Counted from the first letter of the stretch, positions 18,398 to 27,896 are shown. The stretch is 64,000 bases of DNA from Candidatus Latescibacterota bacterium (GCA_965261395.1 OZ253462.1:2848001-2912000), one strand, 5' to 3'. The notes: generated from the letters alone by a model not told the origin. Program-made: numbers and translations.

Positions 18398-19744
18398 TTA
18401 TTCGCACATGGCGTCCTGCTCGCGCCGCAGTTGCAACGCGAGCGAATCCGGCACATCGACCATGGCGTAGCTGATCGCCGCACCTTGCCGCACGTCTTGC
18501 TTGAGCACGGCCCCGCCCGACAGCCCTAACGGCAATAGTCCCTCTTGGCGCGCCACGGTCGCCTTTTCGCTTTGCCCCAATACAGTGTAGCCGCCTCCGC
18601 CGTCGAGGGTCTCGCCGGACTTGAGATCGCGCTTGGCCACGGCGATCACATCGGCTGTGGGCACGGAGCGCGGGGCACCGGTTGGCAGGCCGTAGAGCGC
18701 GACTTTGGCGATGGTGATTGGGGCTTCAACCGCCACCAAGTGATAGGGGCGGTAGAGCAGGAAGTTTTTGCCGTCGCCACCTCGATGCAGGTGGTAGGTG
18801 ACGAGGTCTTCTATGGTAAAGGCGTGCTCGCTGCGGATGACGACAAAGACGCCCATGCCTAGCGGATCGGCGAGCTGGGTTTTGCCATCTTCGGCGACGC
18901 TGTTGGCTAGTTCGATGACCCCGCGCTGGCTCAGCAGCCCTCCTTCTTCGACCAAACTGAATTTTTGTGGGATGTCCGCCAAATTGCACGACGGCTCGTG
19001 CATGCCCCTTATGTCGGGCACGAGTCCGGCCATGTTGGCGATGGCCGTGGCCTCGACTTGGGCTTTGGTGCCGTCGCGGAAGGAGTTGTACATCTTCAAG
19101 CTGATGTTGCGCCGCTGCAAGGTCTCCGCGTCAAAGCCGAAGCGTGCGGCGGTATTGTCGGGCGTGCCTTGGGGATCGTCGGCAAAGAGCACGGTGCCCC
19201 GGCCCGCAGCCACCACCTCCAAGCCGAGGGACCATGCCCATTCGATGATGTTCATGGTCACCCCAGGTTGATCGCCATCGACGAGGGAGTACACGACGCC
19301 CGCGCTGTCGGCTTTGTGCTTGAGCAGCGCACCGATGGTCACGTCTGTTTCCACGTTGACCATCACGAGGTGGTTGCCGCTGGCGATTGTCGCGCTGGCC
19401 ATGCTGGCCCCGACCGAGGTCGAGCCGGTTGCCTCTACTACCACGTCCAAACCTTCGGCCTGTGCGACTAACAGCCCGTCCTCAACTACGGTGAATTTCC
19501 CCGCGTGAATGGCCGCTGCTAACGCCTGCGGGCTATCCGCCGTTCCCACCGCAACATCCCCGTACCCCGCTGCGTATGCATAGCGGGCGCGGGCTAGATC
19601 AATGTCGGCAATGGCCGCGACGACCATGCCCTGCATCTGGGCGATCTGGGCGACCAATCCGCCGCCGAATTTTCCCGCGCCGATGATGCCGACGCGGATG
19701 GGTTTACCTTGTCGCTCGCGGTCGGCGAGCAATGCACTAAGCAT
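18398..19744 (-). CDS. NAD(P)-dependent oxidoreductase, homoserine dehydrogenase-like with C-terminal SAF domain
   Basis: GIIGAGKFG, DGDQPG, DGTK, LYRPYHL and AKRDLKSGETLDGGGG motifs. Confidence 0.85.
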   Translation of the reverse strand: MLSALLADRERQGKPIRVGIIGAGKFGGGLVAQIAQMQGMVVAAIADIDLARARYAYAAGYGDVAVGTADSPQALAAAIHAGKFTVVEDGLLVAQAEGLDVVVEATGSTSVGASMASATIASGNHLVMVNVETDVTIGALLKHKADSAGVVYSLVDGDQPGVTMNIIEWAWSLGLEVVAAGRGTVLFADDPQGTPDNTAARFGFDAETLQRRNISLKMYNSFRDGTKAQVEATAIANMAGLVPDIRGMHEPSCNLADIPQKFSLVEEGGLLSQRGVIELANSVAEDGKTQLADPLGMGVFVVIRSEHAFTIEDLVTYHLHRGGDGKNFLLYRPYHLVAVEAPITIAKVALYGLPTGAPRSVPTADVIAVAKRDLKSGETLDGGGGYTVLGQSEKATVARQEGLLPLGLSGGAVLKQDVRQGAAISYAMVDVPDSLALQLRREQDAMCE

Positions 19745-19763
19745 GTATTCCTCCTCGTGTTGT

Positions 19764-21446
19764 TTAACAGAAATCTAAATCCGCTCCCAAGTTCGCCTGC
19801 AATACGCGCTCGGCGTACAGCCGCCGCCATCCGCGTGTTGGCGTGGACGGCGCGGTCCATTCGGCCCGCCGGCGGGCGAGGGTTTCCTCGGGGACTAGCA
19901 AATCCAAGCGTCCGGCTTCTACGTCCAACTCGATCAGGTCGCCGTCGCGGACGAGGGCCAATGGCCCCCCGACGGCTGCTTCTGGCGCTACGTGCAAAGC
20001 GACCGTTCCATAGGCCGTGCCGCTCATCCGCCCATCGGAGATGCGCACCATGTCCTCGATGCCCTGCGCGGCGAGGTACTTGGGCAAGGGCATGGAGCCG
20101 GCTTCGGGCATCCCAAGGGCCACCGGCCCGGCCCCGCGCAATACCAGCACGTGCTCTGGCGTAATGCCCAATGCGGGGTCGTCAACGCGCGCGGCGTCGT
20201 CCGGCCCGTCGAACACGACGGCTGGCCCGCGATGCTTGTGCAGGTGCGGGGACGAGGTGGCCTTTTTCATTACCGCTCCGTCTGGCGCGAGCGAGCCTTT
20301 TAGCACCACGAGGGACGACGCTGGCCCCAGCGGTGCGTCTAAGGTGCGGATCGCGGTTTGCCACGCGCCGGGTGCGGCCACGTCCTGCAAGAGTGCGCCG
20401 AGGGTTTGGCCGCTGACTCCTATTGCATCGAGGTCGAGCATCGGCTCCAGGGTTTTGAGTAGGACGGGCACGCCGCCGGCCTTGTCGAAATCCTCCATAT
20501 ACCCGCTGCCCGCTGGCTTGCAATCGACCAGCAGTGGCACTTGTTGGGCCGCGGTGTGAAAGTCGTCTAATGACAGGGCCACGCCAGCCCGGCGCGCAAT
20601 GGCGAGCAGATGCACGACCGCATTCGTCGAGCCGCTCAACGCAGCCAGCACCTTGAGTGCGTTGGCAAAGGCCGATGGCGTTAGTATGTCTTGCGCCGAG
20701 CGTCCCTCGGTCGCTAAGGCTACGGCCCGGCGGCCGGTGGCGACTCCGAGCCGCAAACGCTGGCTTGAGACTGCGGATGGAGTGGCTGCGCCCGGTAGCA
20801 TTAGCCCGAGGGTCTCGGCTACGCAGGCCATGGTTGAGGCTGTGCCCATGACCATGCAGGTCCCGGCCGTTGGGCACAGGCTCTGGCTGACCTCGGCGAT
20901 TTCTTCGGCGTCGAGCGCTCCGGCCCGGTGCTGCGCCCAATAGCGGCGGCAATCCGTGCATGCGCCTAATCGCTCGCCGCGCCAGTCTCCGGCCAGCATT
21001 GGCCCGGTGACGAGGTGGATGGCGGGCACGGACGCGGAAGCCGAGGCCATGAGTTGGGCTGGCAGGGTTTTGTCGCAGCCGCCGAGCAGCACGACTGCGT
21101 CCATGGGCTGAGCGGTGATCATTTCCTCGGTTGCCATGGCCATGAGGTTGCGGTAGAGCATGGCGGTGGGGGAGAGGAGGATTTCGCCGAGGGACAGGGT
21201 CGGAAAGACGAGGGGCAGCCCGCCCGCTTCTAGCACGCCTCGTTTGACGGCTTCTACGAGTTGGGGCATGGCGCGATGGCAGGTGGTGTAGTCGGACGAG
21301 GTATCGGCGATGCCGACGACGGGCCGCTCTAAATCCGCCTCGTCGTAGCCAGCCGAAGCGAGGAAGGCGCGGCGCAAGTAGCGGCTAAAACCTGGGTCGG
21401 CGTAGTGGGTTAGGTTGCGGTCGATGCCGGTGGGGGAGGGATTCAA
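19764..21446 (-). CDS. ilvD: Dihydroxy-acid dehydratase (IlvD/Edd family, probably a sugar-acid dehydratase)
   Basis: GCDKT, CMVMGTASTM, GSTNA, DGRMSGT and HVAPEA motifs; TTG start overlaps the upstream stop. Confidence 0.9.
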   Translation of the reverse strand: MNPSPTGIDRNLTHYADPGFSRYLRRAFLASAGYDEADLERPVVGIADTSSDYTTCHRAMPQLVEAVKRGVLEAGGLPLVFPTLSLGEILLSPTAMLYRNLMAMATEEMITAQPMDAVVLLGGCDKTLPAQLMASASASVPAIHLVTGPMLAGDWRGERLGACTDCRRYWAQHRAGALDAEEIAEVSQSLCPTAGTCMVMGTASTMACVAETLGLMLPGAATPSAVSSQRLRLGVATGRRAVALATEGRSAQDILTPSAFANALKVLAALSGSTNAVVHLLAIARRAGVALSLDDFHTAAQQVPLLVDCKPAGSGYMEDFDKAGGVPVLLKTLEPMLDLDAIGVSGQTLGALLQDVAAPGAWQTAIRTLDAPLGPASSLVVLKGSLAPDGAVMKKATSSPHLHKHRGPAVVFDGPDDAARVDDPALGITPEHVLVLRGAGPVALGMPEAGSMPLPKYLAAQGIEDMVRISDGRMSGTAYGTVALHVAPEAAVGGPLALVRDGDLIELDVEAGRLDLLVPEETLARRRAEWTAPSTPTRGWRRLYAERVLQANLGADLDFC

Positions 21447-22114
21447 GTTTGGGCATATTCCTCTGTGCTCTGCTCGTTCGTCAATCTACGAGCAGTCTCG
21501 ATCAATTCCAAAACCATCTCGATACCCAAGTCATCGTGGCTAAATCCGTGGGCAATCGCGTTTCTATATTTATGCAAGTCAGTCAGCTTGAGATACTCGT
21601 CCCCTGAGATAACTCCCAAGTAACGTGCTTGGTCAAGGACGTAACTCGCCGAGGTGATACCCGGCCTTGAAACTCCTTCGTTCGACACCAATGCTCGAAT
21701 CGCAGCCTCACAAGCTGACCACGCAAGCATGAAAGCCGCTTCAGGAATATCTGATTGCAAGGCTTTCTCGGCTTGTTCAATTCGTTGGAGGATGCTTTCA
21801 CTTTCGAAAGATCTCGCACCAGCAGGTGCATCACGACTCTCAGGCTCACTCACCAGAATTAACTCGAAGGTCCAATCCGGCTTCGAGTCTATGATATTTG
21901 CCAATTCGCTGATTCTCCGGTCCGCGGCTAGTGAGGACCGAGACTTCACTTCAATCACCTTCGACTCGCCGCCCTTCCGCACAACTAGGTCAGCCTGGAA
22001 GTTGGGAAAGAAGTCGAGAAGCACCTCTGTCGAAACATCGTAGCCCTTGCTCCGATATTCCTGTGCTGTTTTAAGAGCAAGAAGGTATTCAGCATTGGTT
22101 GCATTGCTTATCAA
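21443..22114 (-). CDS. PD-(D/E)xK nuclease (REase_AHJR-like) fused to a HEPN-like domain
   Basis: ADLVVRK...VIEVK nuclease motif; C-terminal RNAIAH (RxxxxH); TTG at 22114 preceded by AGGAGG (the ORF track extends to 22279). Confidence 0.7.
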   Translation of the reverse strand: MISNATNAEYLLALKTAQEYRSKGYDVSTEVLLDFFPNFQADLVVRKGGESKVIEVKSRSSLAADRRISELANIIDSKPDWTFELILVSEPESRDAPAGARSFESESILQRIEQAEKALQSDIPEAAFMLAWSACEAAIRALVSNEGVSRPGITSASYVLDQARYLGVISGDEYLKLTDLHKYRNAIAHGFSHDDLGIEMVLELIETARRLTNEQSTEEYAQT

Positions 22115-22149
22115 AATACGACCTCCTGATTCTGGGCGGCGGTTACTTT

Positions 22150-22273
22150 GAGTATCCCAGACCAATCTGGCAGCCCTTTCCAAATCTTGTCGCCATTCGT
22201 GGAATCTCTGCCTGCGGCGGGTTTGGGAAGACACCGGAGCCTGTTCCATAATAAGCTCGAATGGTATCGGCAT
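22150..22273 (-). pseudogene. N-terminal stub resembling RusA-like resolvase family proteins
   Basis: MPIPFELIMEQAPVSSQTRRRQRFHEWRQDL...W, in frame with but upstream of the RBS of the nuclease gene. Confidence 0.35.
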
Positions 22274-22312
22274 CCACAAGCCTTATCGTATGTATGAACA
22301 GAAAGATAATAG

Positions 22313-22360
22313 AAACGACCCCACGCGGGGAGACAAAATACCCCTAGAGTGGGGTCGTTT
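22313..22360. terminator. Hairpin, possible terminator
   Basis: AAACGACCCCAC...GTGGGGTCGTTT inverted repeat downstream of the ilvD stub. Confidence 0.45.
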
Positions 22361-22386
22361 AGGGGAGGGCCGTTTACACAGCCGAC

Positions 22387-22638
22387 CTACACTGGGACCA
22401 TAATATCCATAGGGAATTTGGGCAAATGAAGCACGCCCCGTTTGACGGCTTCCACGAGTTGGGGCATGGCGCGATGGCAGGTGGTGTAGTCGGACGAGGT
22501 GTCGGCGATGCCGACGATGGGCCGCTCTAAATCCGCCTCGTCGTAGCCAGCCGAAGCGAGGAAAGCACGGCGCAAGTAGCGGCTAAAACCGGGGTCGGCG
22601 TAGTGGGTTAGGTTGCGGTCGATTCCGGTGGCAGGCAT
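22387..22638 (-). pseudogene. Duplicated 5' fragment of ilvD
   Basis: 22430-22631 is nearly identical to 21232-21433; the first ~70 codons match IlvD, then the sequence diverges. Confidence 0.9.
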
Positions 22639-24057
22639 TCAGACCTCCGCACGTCGTTCGTTTCGATTCTGCTGAACGGTCAGCGCTCTGACACCGGCAG
22701 CATTCAACTCAGAATATAGACGCGTCGTACCGTCAGCCTCTATCTCACCTGTCTCACCTTCAATGTGGCTCGGTACGCCAAATGCTGGTATGACCAGAGC
22801 AAACATGTGGATTGCCCGTGTGATAAATGTCTTGTCATCCCTCTCCTTGAGTTTCGTGCTTTCATAGATACGGGCAAAGGACTCAGGATCGTCGCCAATC
22901 GGCACGGTGATCATACTATCCATAACCATAGGCAGGCCGTGTACTTCGAACCCATCCAATAGTGTTTCGACATCGACGAAAGGCACCGTCCGCCAAGCAT
23001 TCAGCACACGGGCCTTGCAGTAAAACTCCCCGTCCGCATCCGCGAGTTTCAGTAAATCCTGATATTGGGAGACGATGCTGAATAGCAGGTGTAACATGAA
23101 ATTCAGATCGGCGATACGCGGCCGAGTGTGTCCTTGCTCATTTAACATGTCGATGAATCGCTCGGCATGGATATAACCGTCAAACTCTCCGATTAAGTAA
23201 TCTGGGACATCTGGGGCGTGAAGCTGTAAGGGCAGTATGATGTCGCATGACATGTCCCTTCGTAGTCTCCAGGTCAGCCCATAATTAGCAGGATCGTTCC
23301 TTTTCAACTGACGGGCGATGAGCCCTTCCGCTGTGGTGTAGATCGTATCGAATGGGATCGAGGGTATACTTGTTTCGCCACCGTTCAGAATGTGTCTGAT
23401 TTCGGAGAGCGGTGCACTGAGCCTGGGATCGCGCTGACGCCAGGGATCCACGCAGAGTAACAAGCGTACATAAGGCAACTCCTCTTCTCCTTTGGCGAAC
23501 TCCGGATCGCGCTCTATCCATTCACGCGTCCTTTCGCGAAGAGGTTCAGCACGACGCCAGAGCTGGTCGAGGACGAACCGGTCTGTCTCTGGCTTGGGCT
23601 CCGATCCATCCGCCACCCGTCTGTAGATACGCCCATCTTTATGGACATGCGGCGCGGTGTGGCTTTGCGGAATTTCGACTACGATTATCGCTTTGCCTTT
23701 ATCTAATCCGTTCTCGGCACACGGTCCCCGTAGAACAGTGGTCTCGAAAAACGGCGTCGGGTTGAGGTGATTGGCTGCCGATTGGCGCAAGCTCTGTAGG
23801 GCACCATCCACATCTTCTTCGGGAATACCGAGTAACTCGCCCGCAACGGCATTGTCCTTGCTTTGTTCTTGCACGCCAATGAACAGCCAGCCGCCGTATG
23901 TGTTGGCGAACGCAGAGAGAGATTTCGCAAGTGCACGGGCATTGACCATTTGGCGTTTGTATTCCACATACCAGCCTTCATTAACGTCCCTCAGAATTGT
24001 GAGATCAGGGGGCTGAAGATCATGGATGGCTTTGTCGAATGGCGAATACCTTTGCAT
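22639..24057 (-). CDS. AlbA_2 (Schlafen-like) domain protein with uncharacterised C-terminus
   Basis: EGWYVEYK, LSAFANTYGGWLFIGV and IYRRV motifs. Confidence 0.85.
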   Translation of the reverse strand: MQRYSPFDKAIHDLQPPDLTILRDVNEGWYVEYKRQMVNARALAKSLSAFANTYGGWLFIGVQEQSKDNAVAGELLGIPEEDVDGALQSLRQSAANHLNPTPFFETTVLRGPCAENGLDKGKAIIVVEIPQSHTAPHVHKDGRIYRRVADGSEPKPETDRFVLDQLWRRAEPLRERTREWIERDPEFAKGEEELPYVRLLLCVDPWRQRDPRLSAPLSEIRHILNGGETSIPSIPFDTIYTTAEGLIARQLKRNDPANYGLTWRLRRDMSCDIILPLQLHAPDVPDYLIGEFDGYIHAERFIDMLNEQGHTRPRIADLNFMLHLLFSIVSQYQDLLKLADADGEFYCKARVLNAWRTVPFVDVETLLDGFEVHGLPMVMDSMITVPIGDDPESFARIYESTKLKERDDKTFITRAIHMFALVIPAFGVPSHIEGETGEIEADGTTRLYSELNAAGVRALTVQQNRNERRAEV

Positions 24058-24140
24058 GATTTTCTCTAGTCTTCCTTTTCAAGCACTGCTTCCGTTTGAA
24101 CCACCAAGTTTGTTCTCCGAAGATTCCCAACCCACGGCAA

Positions 24141-24543
24141 TTAGACCCCAAGTTGCGTCGCAAGGTCATGGAAATCTTGCGCAATTATGTCAAAATCTCC
24201 GTCTTGCGCGGTGTCTGCTTGGCCTTCCGGCCCCCATTCAAGAGGACGCGCAATAAAGGCCGTTCTGAAGCCAACGGCTCTAGCCCCCTCTAAGTCGTGG
24301 CGATGCGCCGCGACCATCAGGATTGAAGGCGGCTCCAAATCGAGAAGACGCGCCGCCGTCTCGTAAACTTCCCGGTCCGGCTTGTAATGCCGCGCAAGCT
24401 CTGCTGACAAGATACAGTCCCACGGTAATTCCACTTGTCGCAGCCTAATCCTCACCTTCTCGCGCAATGGTAGAGTACCAGTCGGAGACTGTGCCAAAGA
24501 CATCGACAGTCAGGGCCTTAATAGATGTTTGCTCGGATTCCAT
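24141..24543 (-). pseudogene. Internally deleted duplicate of the HAD gene
   Basis: The 5' ~110 nt and 3' ~285 nt match 27168-27887; 403 nt versus 720 nt; junction at a CCGTGG(G)ACTG microhomology; also has a frameshift. Confidence 0.9.
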
Positions 24544-24549
24544 TCTTTA

Positions 24550-26127
24550 TCAAACAAACAATTCCAGTTGCTTCGGCTCGTCCTGCCACTCGGTTTCCGG
24601 CAGTAGGTCTGCAAGCGCAGTTGCCGGAACCCTTCCCAACTCTTTCGGCTCCAGCTTGTGTAGCCCTCCCCCATAAACTCTCCCCTCGTTCAGCATCTCC
24701 TTCGGACTTATGCCATTCAGGAAATCCCACACTTGCCGCTTCAACTGGGGAGATTCTGCAATCGCCCTATCAAGGACTCCCCTCGGATACAGCATCAGGT
24801 AAACATTGGGGGCGGTCGCATTGGAGTGGTTCAGTATGAATCGAAATGGCCGCCCGTTCTTTTTGTTGCTGCGGCCGAGGTAGGTGCATAGGAATGGCGT
24901 AGCCGGGCGGCGCTCTTGCGCATACCAGGGCGACCGATGCCGGCATATATAGCGTTCAGTTATACCTTGCGCCTTGCCTTCTTCAAGGTAGGCCCCCAGC
25001 GTCGGATACCGCTCCTTGACCTTCTCTTCTGGCAACCGACAGTCTAGGAGGAACAACTGACGCTCCAATACAGGGTTGCCAGCACGATCCGCCAAGATTT
25101 CGGTATCTGGCACGTAACGCGGGCTTGGGAGTATAGGTCGGAACAACTCGGCAGGAAGCCCCCGCTCTTCGATCTCCTCCGTCGACAGGATGAAATACCT
25201 GTTACCGCCAGTCGCCAGCCCGCGCTTGATCGTGAAGAAGTCTGCGAGCACCGGCGCGTGCGACTCCGAGTGGCTCTCTTTCATCGGGTACAGCGTCCAT
25301 TTCGGGTCGCGTCGGAGTGTATCGACCGGGACCAGTCGTTCCAGACTCGGCCGCAGCAGTGAACCGCCATAGGTCATACGCACTTTGTGATGGTCGGGTG
25401 GCTCTTTCTTGCTGAACCAAACTACCGAGGAGGACACTAGCGCGTCCCCGAATTGCACTTCTTTTGGGTCGAAGCGGTGGATGTGCAGCAACGTAACCTT
25501 GTCAAGCAGATAGCGCTTCACCGATGCGCCGTAGTTGACATCCATGAATTCGCTCGGTATCAGCCAACCCGCCAGTCCACCTTCCGCCATCCACTGGTGA
25601 GACAATCCGAGGAAGTAACAGTACAGACCGGCAAGCCCGTTCACCTCGATGCCGCAAGCCTCCCTTGTGAGGGCCTTCAGGCGTCGTTTCTCCTCGCTGG
25701 CGATGTGGTGATGTCGCACATAGGGTGGGTTGCAGACCAATAGGTTGAACTTCCCTTTGTCCGATGGGGGTGCGGCCAGTGTAAAGTCCTCCAAGCGGAC
25801 ATCCAGCATCGTACCCTTCCATAGCCTCGCCGCAGGTTCGCCGTAATGAGGGTCGACTTCGTAGCCGACGGCGCGTGTCAGGCGGCCTGCCGGGAAGACC
25901 TTGAGCAGTGCCGAGTAGAACGAGCCGGTCCCGATGGCCGGGTCGATAAACCGCACCGCCTCAGTCTCATTCAGTTGCCCTCTCGCATACTCAAGGATCT
26001 GTACGGCAAGTTCCGTCGGAGTTGCAAACTGCCCCATCCTGTTACGTTCGGCTTGATTCTTGGCGGCATCCAGTTCAGCTTGGACCGCGAGCCGACGTTC
26101 TTCCCGCTTTGTCATGGATTTAGTCAT
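24550..26127 (-). CDS. Type II N6-adenine DNA methyltransferase (gamma class, M.XamI/Eco57I-like)
   Basis: GQFATP, DPAIGTGSF, NPPY and YGGGLHKLEPKEL motifs. Confidence 0.9.
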   Translation of the reverse strand: MTKSMTKREERRLAVQAELDAAKNQAERNRMGQFATPTELAVQILEYARGQLNETEAVRFIDPAIGTGSFYSALLKVFPAGRLTRAVGYEVDPHYGEPAARLWKGTMLDVRLEDFTLAAPPSDKGKFNLLVCNPPYVRHHHIASEEKRRLKALTREACGIEVNGLAGLYCYFLGLSHQWMAEGGLAGWLIPSEFMDVNYGASVKRYLLDKVTLLHIHRFDPKEVQFGDALVSSSVVWFSKKEPPDHHKVRMTYGGSLLRPSLERLVPVDTLRRDPKWTLYPMKESHSESHAPVLADFFTIKRGLATGGNRYFILSTEEIEERGLPAELFRPILPSPRYVPDTEILADRAGNPVLERQLFLLDCRLPEEKVKERYPTLGAYLEEGKAQGITERYICRHRSPWYAQERRPATPFLCTYLGRSNKKNGRPFRFILNHSNATAPNVYLMLYPRGVLDRAIAESPQLKRQVWDFLNGISPKEMLNEGRVYGGGLHKLEPKELGRVPATALADLLPETEWQDEPKQLELFV

Positions 26128-27093
26128 CTACAGGCCAAACTCCTCAAGGTCTCCGATGCGATGCTCCCACACCCAGTCGATGCCTTCTGCCGCCTCGTAG
26201 CCCAAGTAGCCGCTGTCGAAGTATCCGCACAGGAACAAGATGTATCTCACGTCCTCTCCGTAAGACTGGCGGAGTTGGCTCATCTTGGCAGCCTCCTCTT
26301 TGCGGCGCTTGTTCACGTTGGCGAAGTCGCCTGCTGATTTGGCCTCGACAAGCAGAGGCAGGTCTCTTGGTCGTGCCGCCTGTGGCATGATGACTGCATC
26401 CACCGGTATGTTGACCTGCCGATCTGTCCCCTCCTGCTCAGCCGGTACGTTCATCCGAAAAGAGAACGTACCCGGCTCCATGTTGTCGTAGCTCCTCTGC
26501 CCTCCTGCCGGAAGATTGGCATATCCACGGTCCTCTAACCACGCCGCTATGGCGTCAAGCTGCCGCTTTTCCTGGGCATTCCGAATGATGGGGTTCGCAA
26601 CGGCCCCGCACAAGCGGTCGGCCAAGATTGTCGCTGCCCGGTATCGTTCCTGCTCCGAAGGCGCGTCTCCCCACTCCAGCCAGACGAGAATGTCCTTGTC
26701 AGCCATCTTTTGGATGACCGCTGCTACCTTGCCAAGGGCGCTGTCCACTTCTTGCCGGGACATCCGACGCGGCAGCTTCCCGTCCTTTTCCATGACTTTG
26801 ACTAGGTTCGCCGGCACCCCGGCGAGTCCGATAAGCCGATCCACGGCGAGGGGCGGGCAGGTCGCCATCCGTAGGGTAGGCAGGATGCTGGGATTTGCCC
26901 TCAGCAATTCCACATCAATATCTGTCAGGTTTTCCGTAGCCTCCAGGGTCACCTTAACGTCTATGGTAGTCTGAAAGCGGGTTGTCCGATAGGCTTCCGG
27001 TGCAAACCGAATGAACCAGTTGTTGTACATGTCTACCGACTGTTCGATGTCCGCTTTCCACCTGTCCGGTTTGTCCCTGTTAACCGCCATCAC
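26128..27093 (-). CDS. XamI-family type II restriction endonuclease
   Basis: WKADIEQSVDMYNNWF, PVD...EAKSAGDFANVNKRRKEEAAK and WVWEHR; directly abuts the MTase. Confidence 0.85.
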   Translation of the reverse strand: MMAVNRDKPDRWKADIEQSVDMYNNWFIRFAPEAYRTTRFQTTIDVKVTLEATENLTDIDVELLRANPSILPTLRMATCPPLAVDRLIGLAGVPANLVKVMEKDGKLPRRMSRQEVDSALGKVAAVIQKMADKDILVWLEWGDAPSEQERYRAATILADRLCGAVANPIIRNAQEKRQLDAIAAWLEDRGYANLPAGGQRSYDNMEPGTFSFRMNVPAEQEGTDRQVNIPVDAVIMPQAARPRDLPLLVEAKSAGDFANVNKRRKEEAAKMSQLRQSYGEDVRYILFLCGYFDSGYLGYEAAEGIDWVWEHRIGDLEEFGL

Positions 27094-27167
27094 TCAAGTG
27101 TCCATCCATAAATACCAAATGCTTGAATCACCATGTTTATTCTTCGGAGATTTGCTTCTCTCGGCCA

Positions 27168-27887
27168 TTAGATTCCAAGTTGCACTGCAAGATCGTGGAA
27201 ATCTTGCGCAATTATGTCAAAATCTCCGTCTTGCGCGGTGTCTGCTTGGCCTTCCGGTCCCCATTCAAGTGGACGCGCAATAAAGGCCGTTCTGAATCCA
27301 ACGGCTCTAGCCCCCTCTAGATCGTGGCGATGCGCCGCGACCATCAGGATTGAAGGCGGCTCCAAATCGAGAAGACGCGCCGCCGTCTCGTAAACTTCCC
27401 TGTCCGGCTTGTAATGCCGCGCAAGTTCTGCTGACAAGATACAGTCCCACGGAATACCGGCGTGCTTCGCCATGTTGGTCAGCAACGCCATGTTCCCATT
27501 GGAAAGCGCGGCAACGATGTATTTGGACTTCAGCCGCAGCATGCCGCCGACCACATCGGGCCACGGATCCAGTCTGTGCCAAACGCGATTGAAATAACTG
27601 CGCTCGTCCTCGGACAACTCGGGAATCGAGAAATCTTGCAGAATGTCATCGAGAATCATTCGGTGGAGCGCGTCTATTTGCGTCCAAGGCAATTCGCCGC
27701 GCCGCACGCGACCCATAGCGGGTTCATAGCCACTGCGCCAAGCCGTGGCAAAGCGCGCCCAGTCCACGGCAATCCGCTTGTCGCAGCCTAATCGCTCGCC
27801 CTCTCGTACAATGGTAGAGTGCCAGTCGGTGACCGTGCCGAAGACATCGACAGTCAGCGCCTTAATAGAGGTTTGCCAGGATTCCAT
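27168..27887 (-). CDS. Haloacid dehalogenase type II (HAD)
   Basis: DVFGTVTDW, LSNG, YKP and MVAAHRHDL motifs. Confidence 0.9.
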   Translation of the reverse strand: MESWQTSIKALTVDVFGTVTDWHSTIVREGERLGCDKRIAVDWARFATAWRSGYEPAMGRVRRGELPWTQIDALHRMILDDILQDFSIPELSEDERSYFNRVWHRLDPWPDVVGGMLRLKSKYIVAALSNGNMALLTNMAKHAGIPWDCILSAELARHYKPDREVYETAARLLDLEPPSILMVAAHRHDLEGARAVGFRTAFIARPLEWGPEGQADTAQDGDFDIIAQDFHDLAVQLGI

Positions 27888-27896
27888 TTTGTCTTT

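Noticed and set aside
24550-27093. GTCGAC avoidance as evidence for XamI specificity
   Set aside because: GTCGAC is readily found (e.g. 4038, 9760, 13525, 25852), so there is no visible avoidance; specificity cannot be inferred from this window.
24094-27170. HAD repeats as a DGR template/variable repeat pair
   Set aside because: Mismatches are not confined to adenines, and no reverse transcriptase is present.
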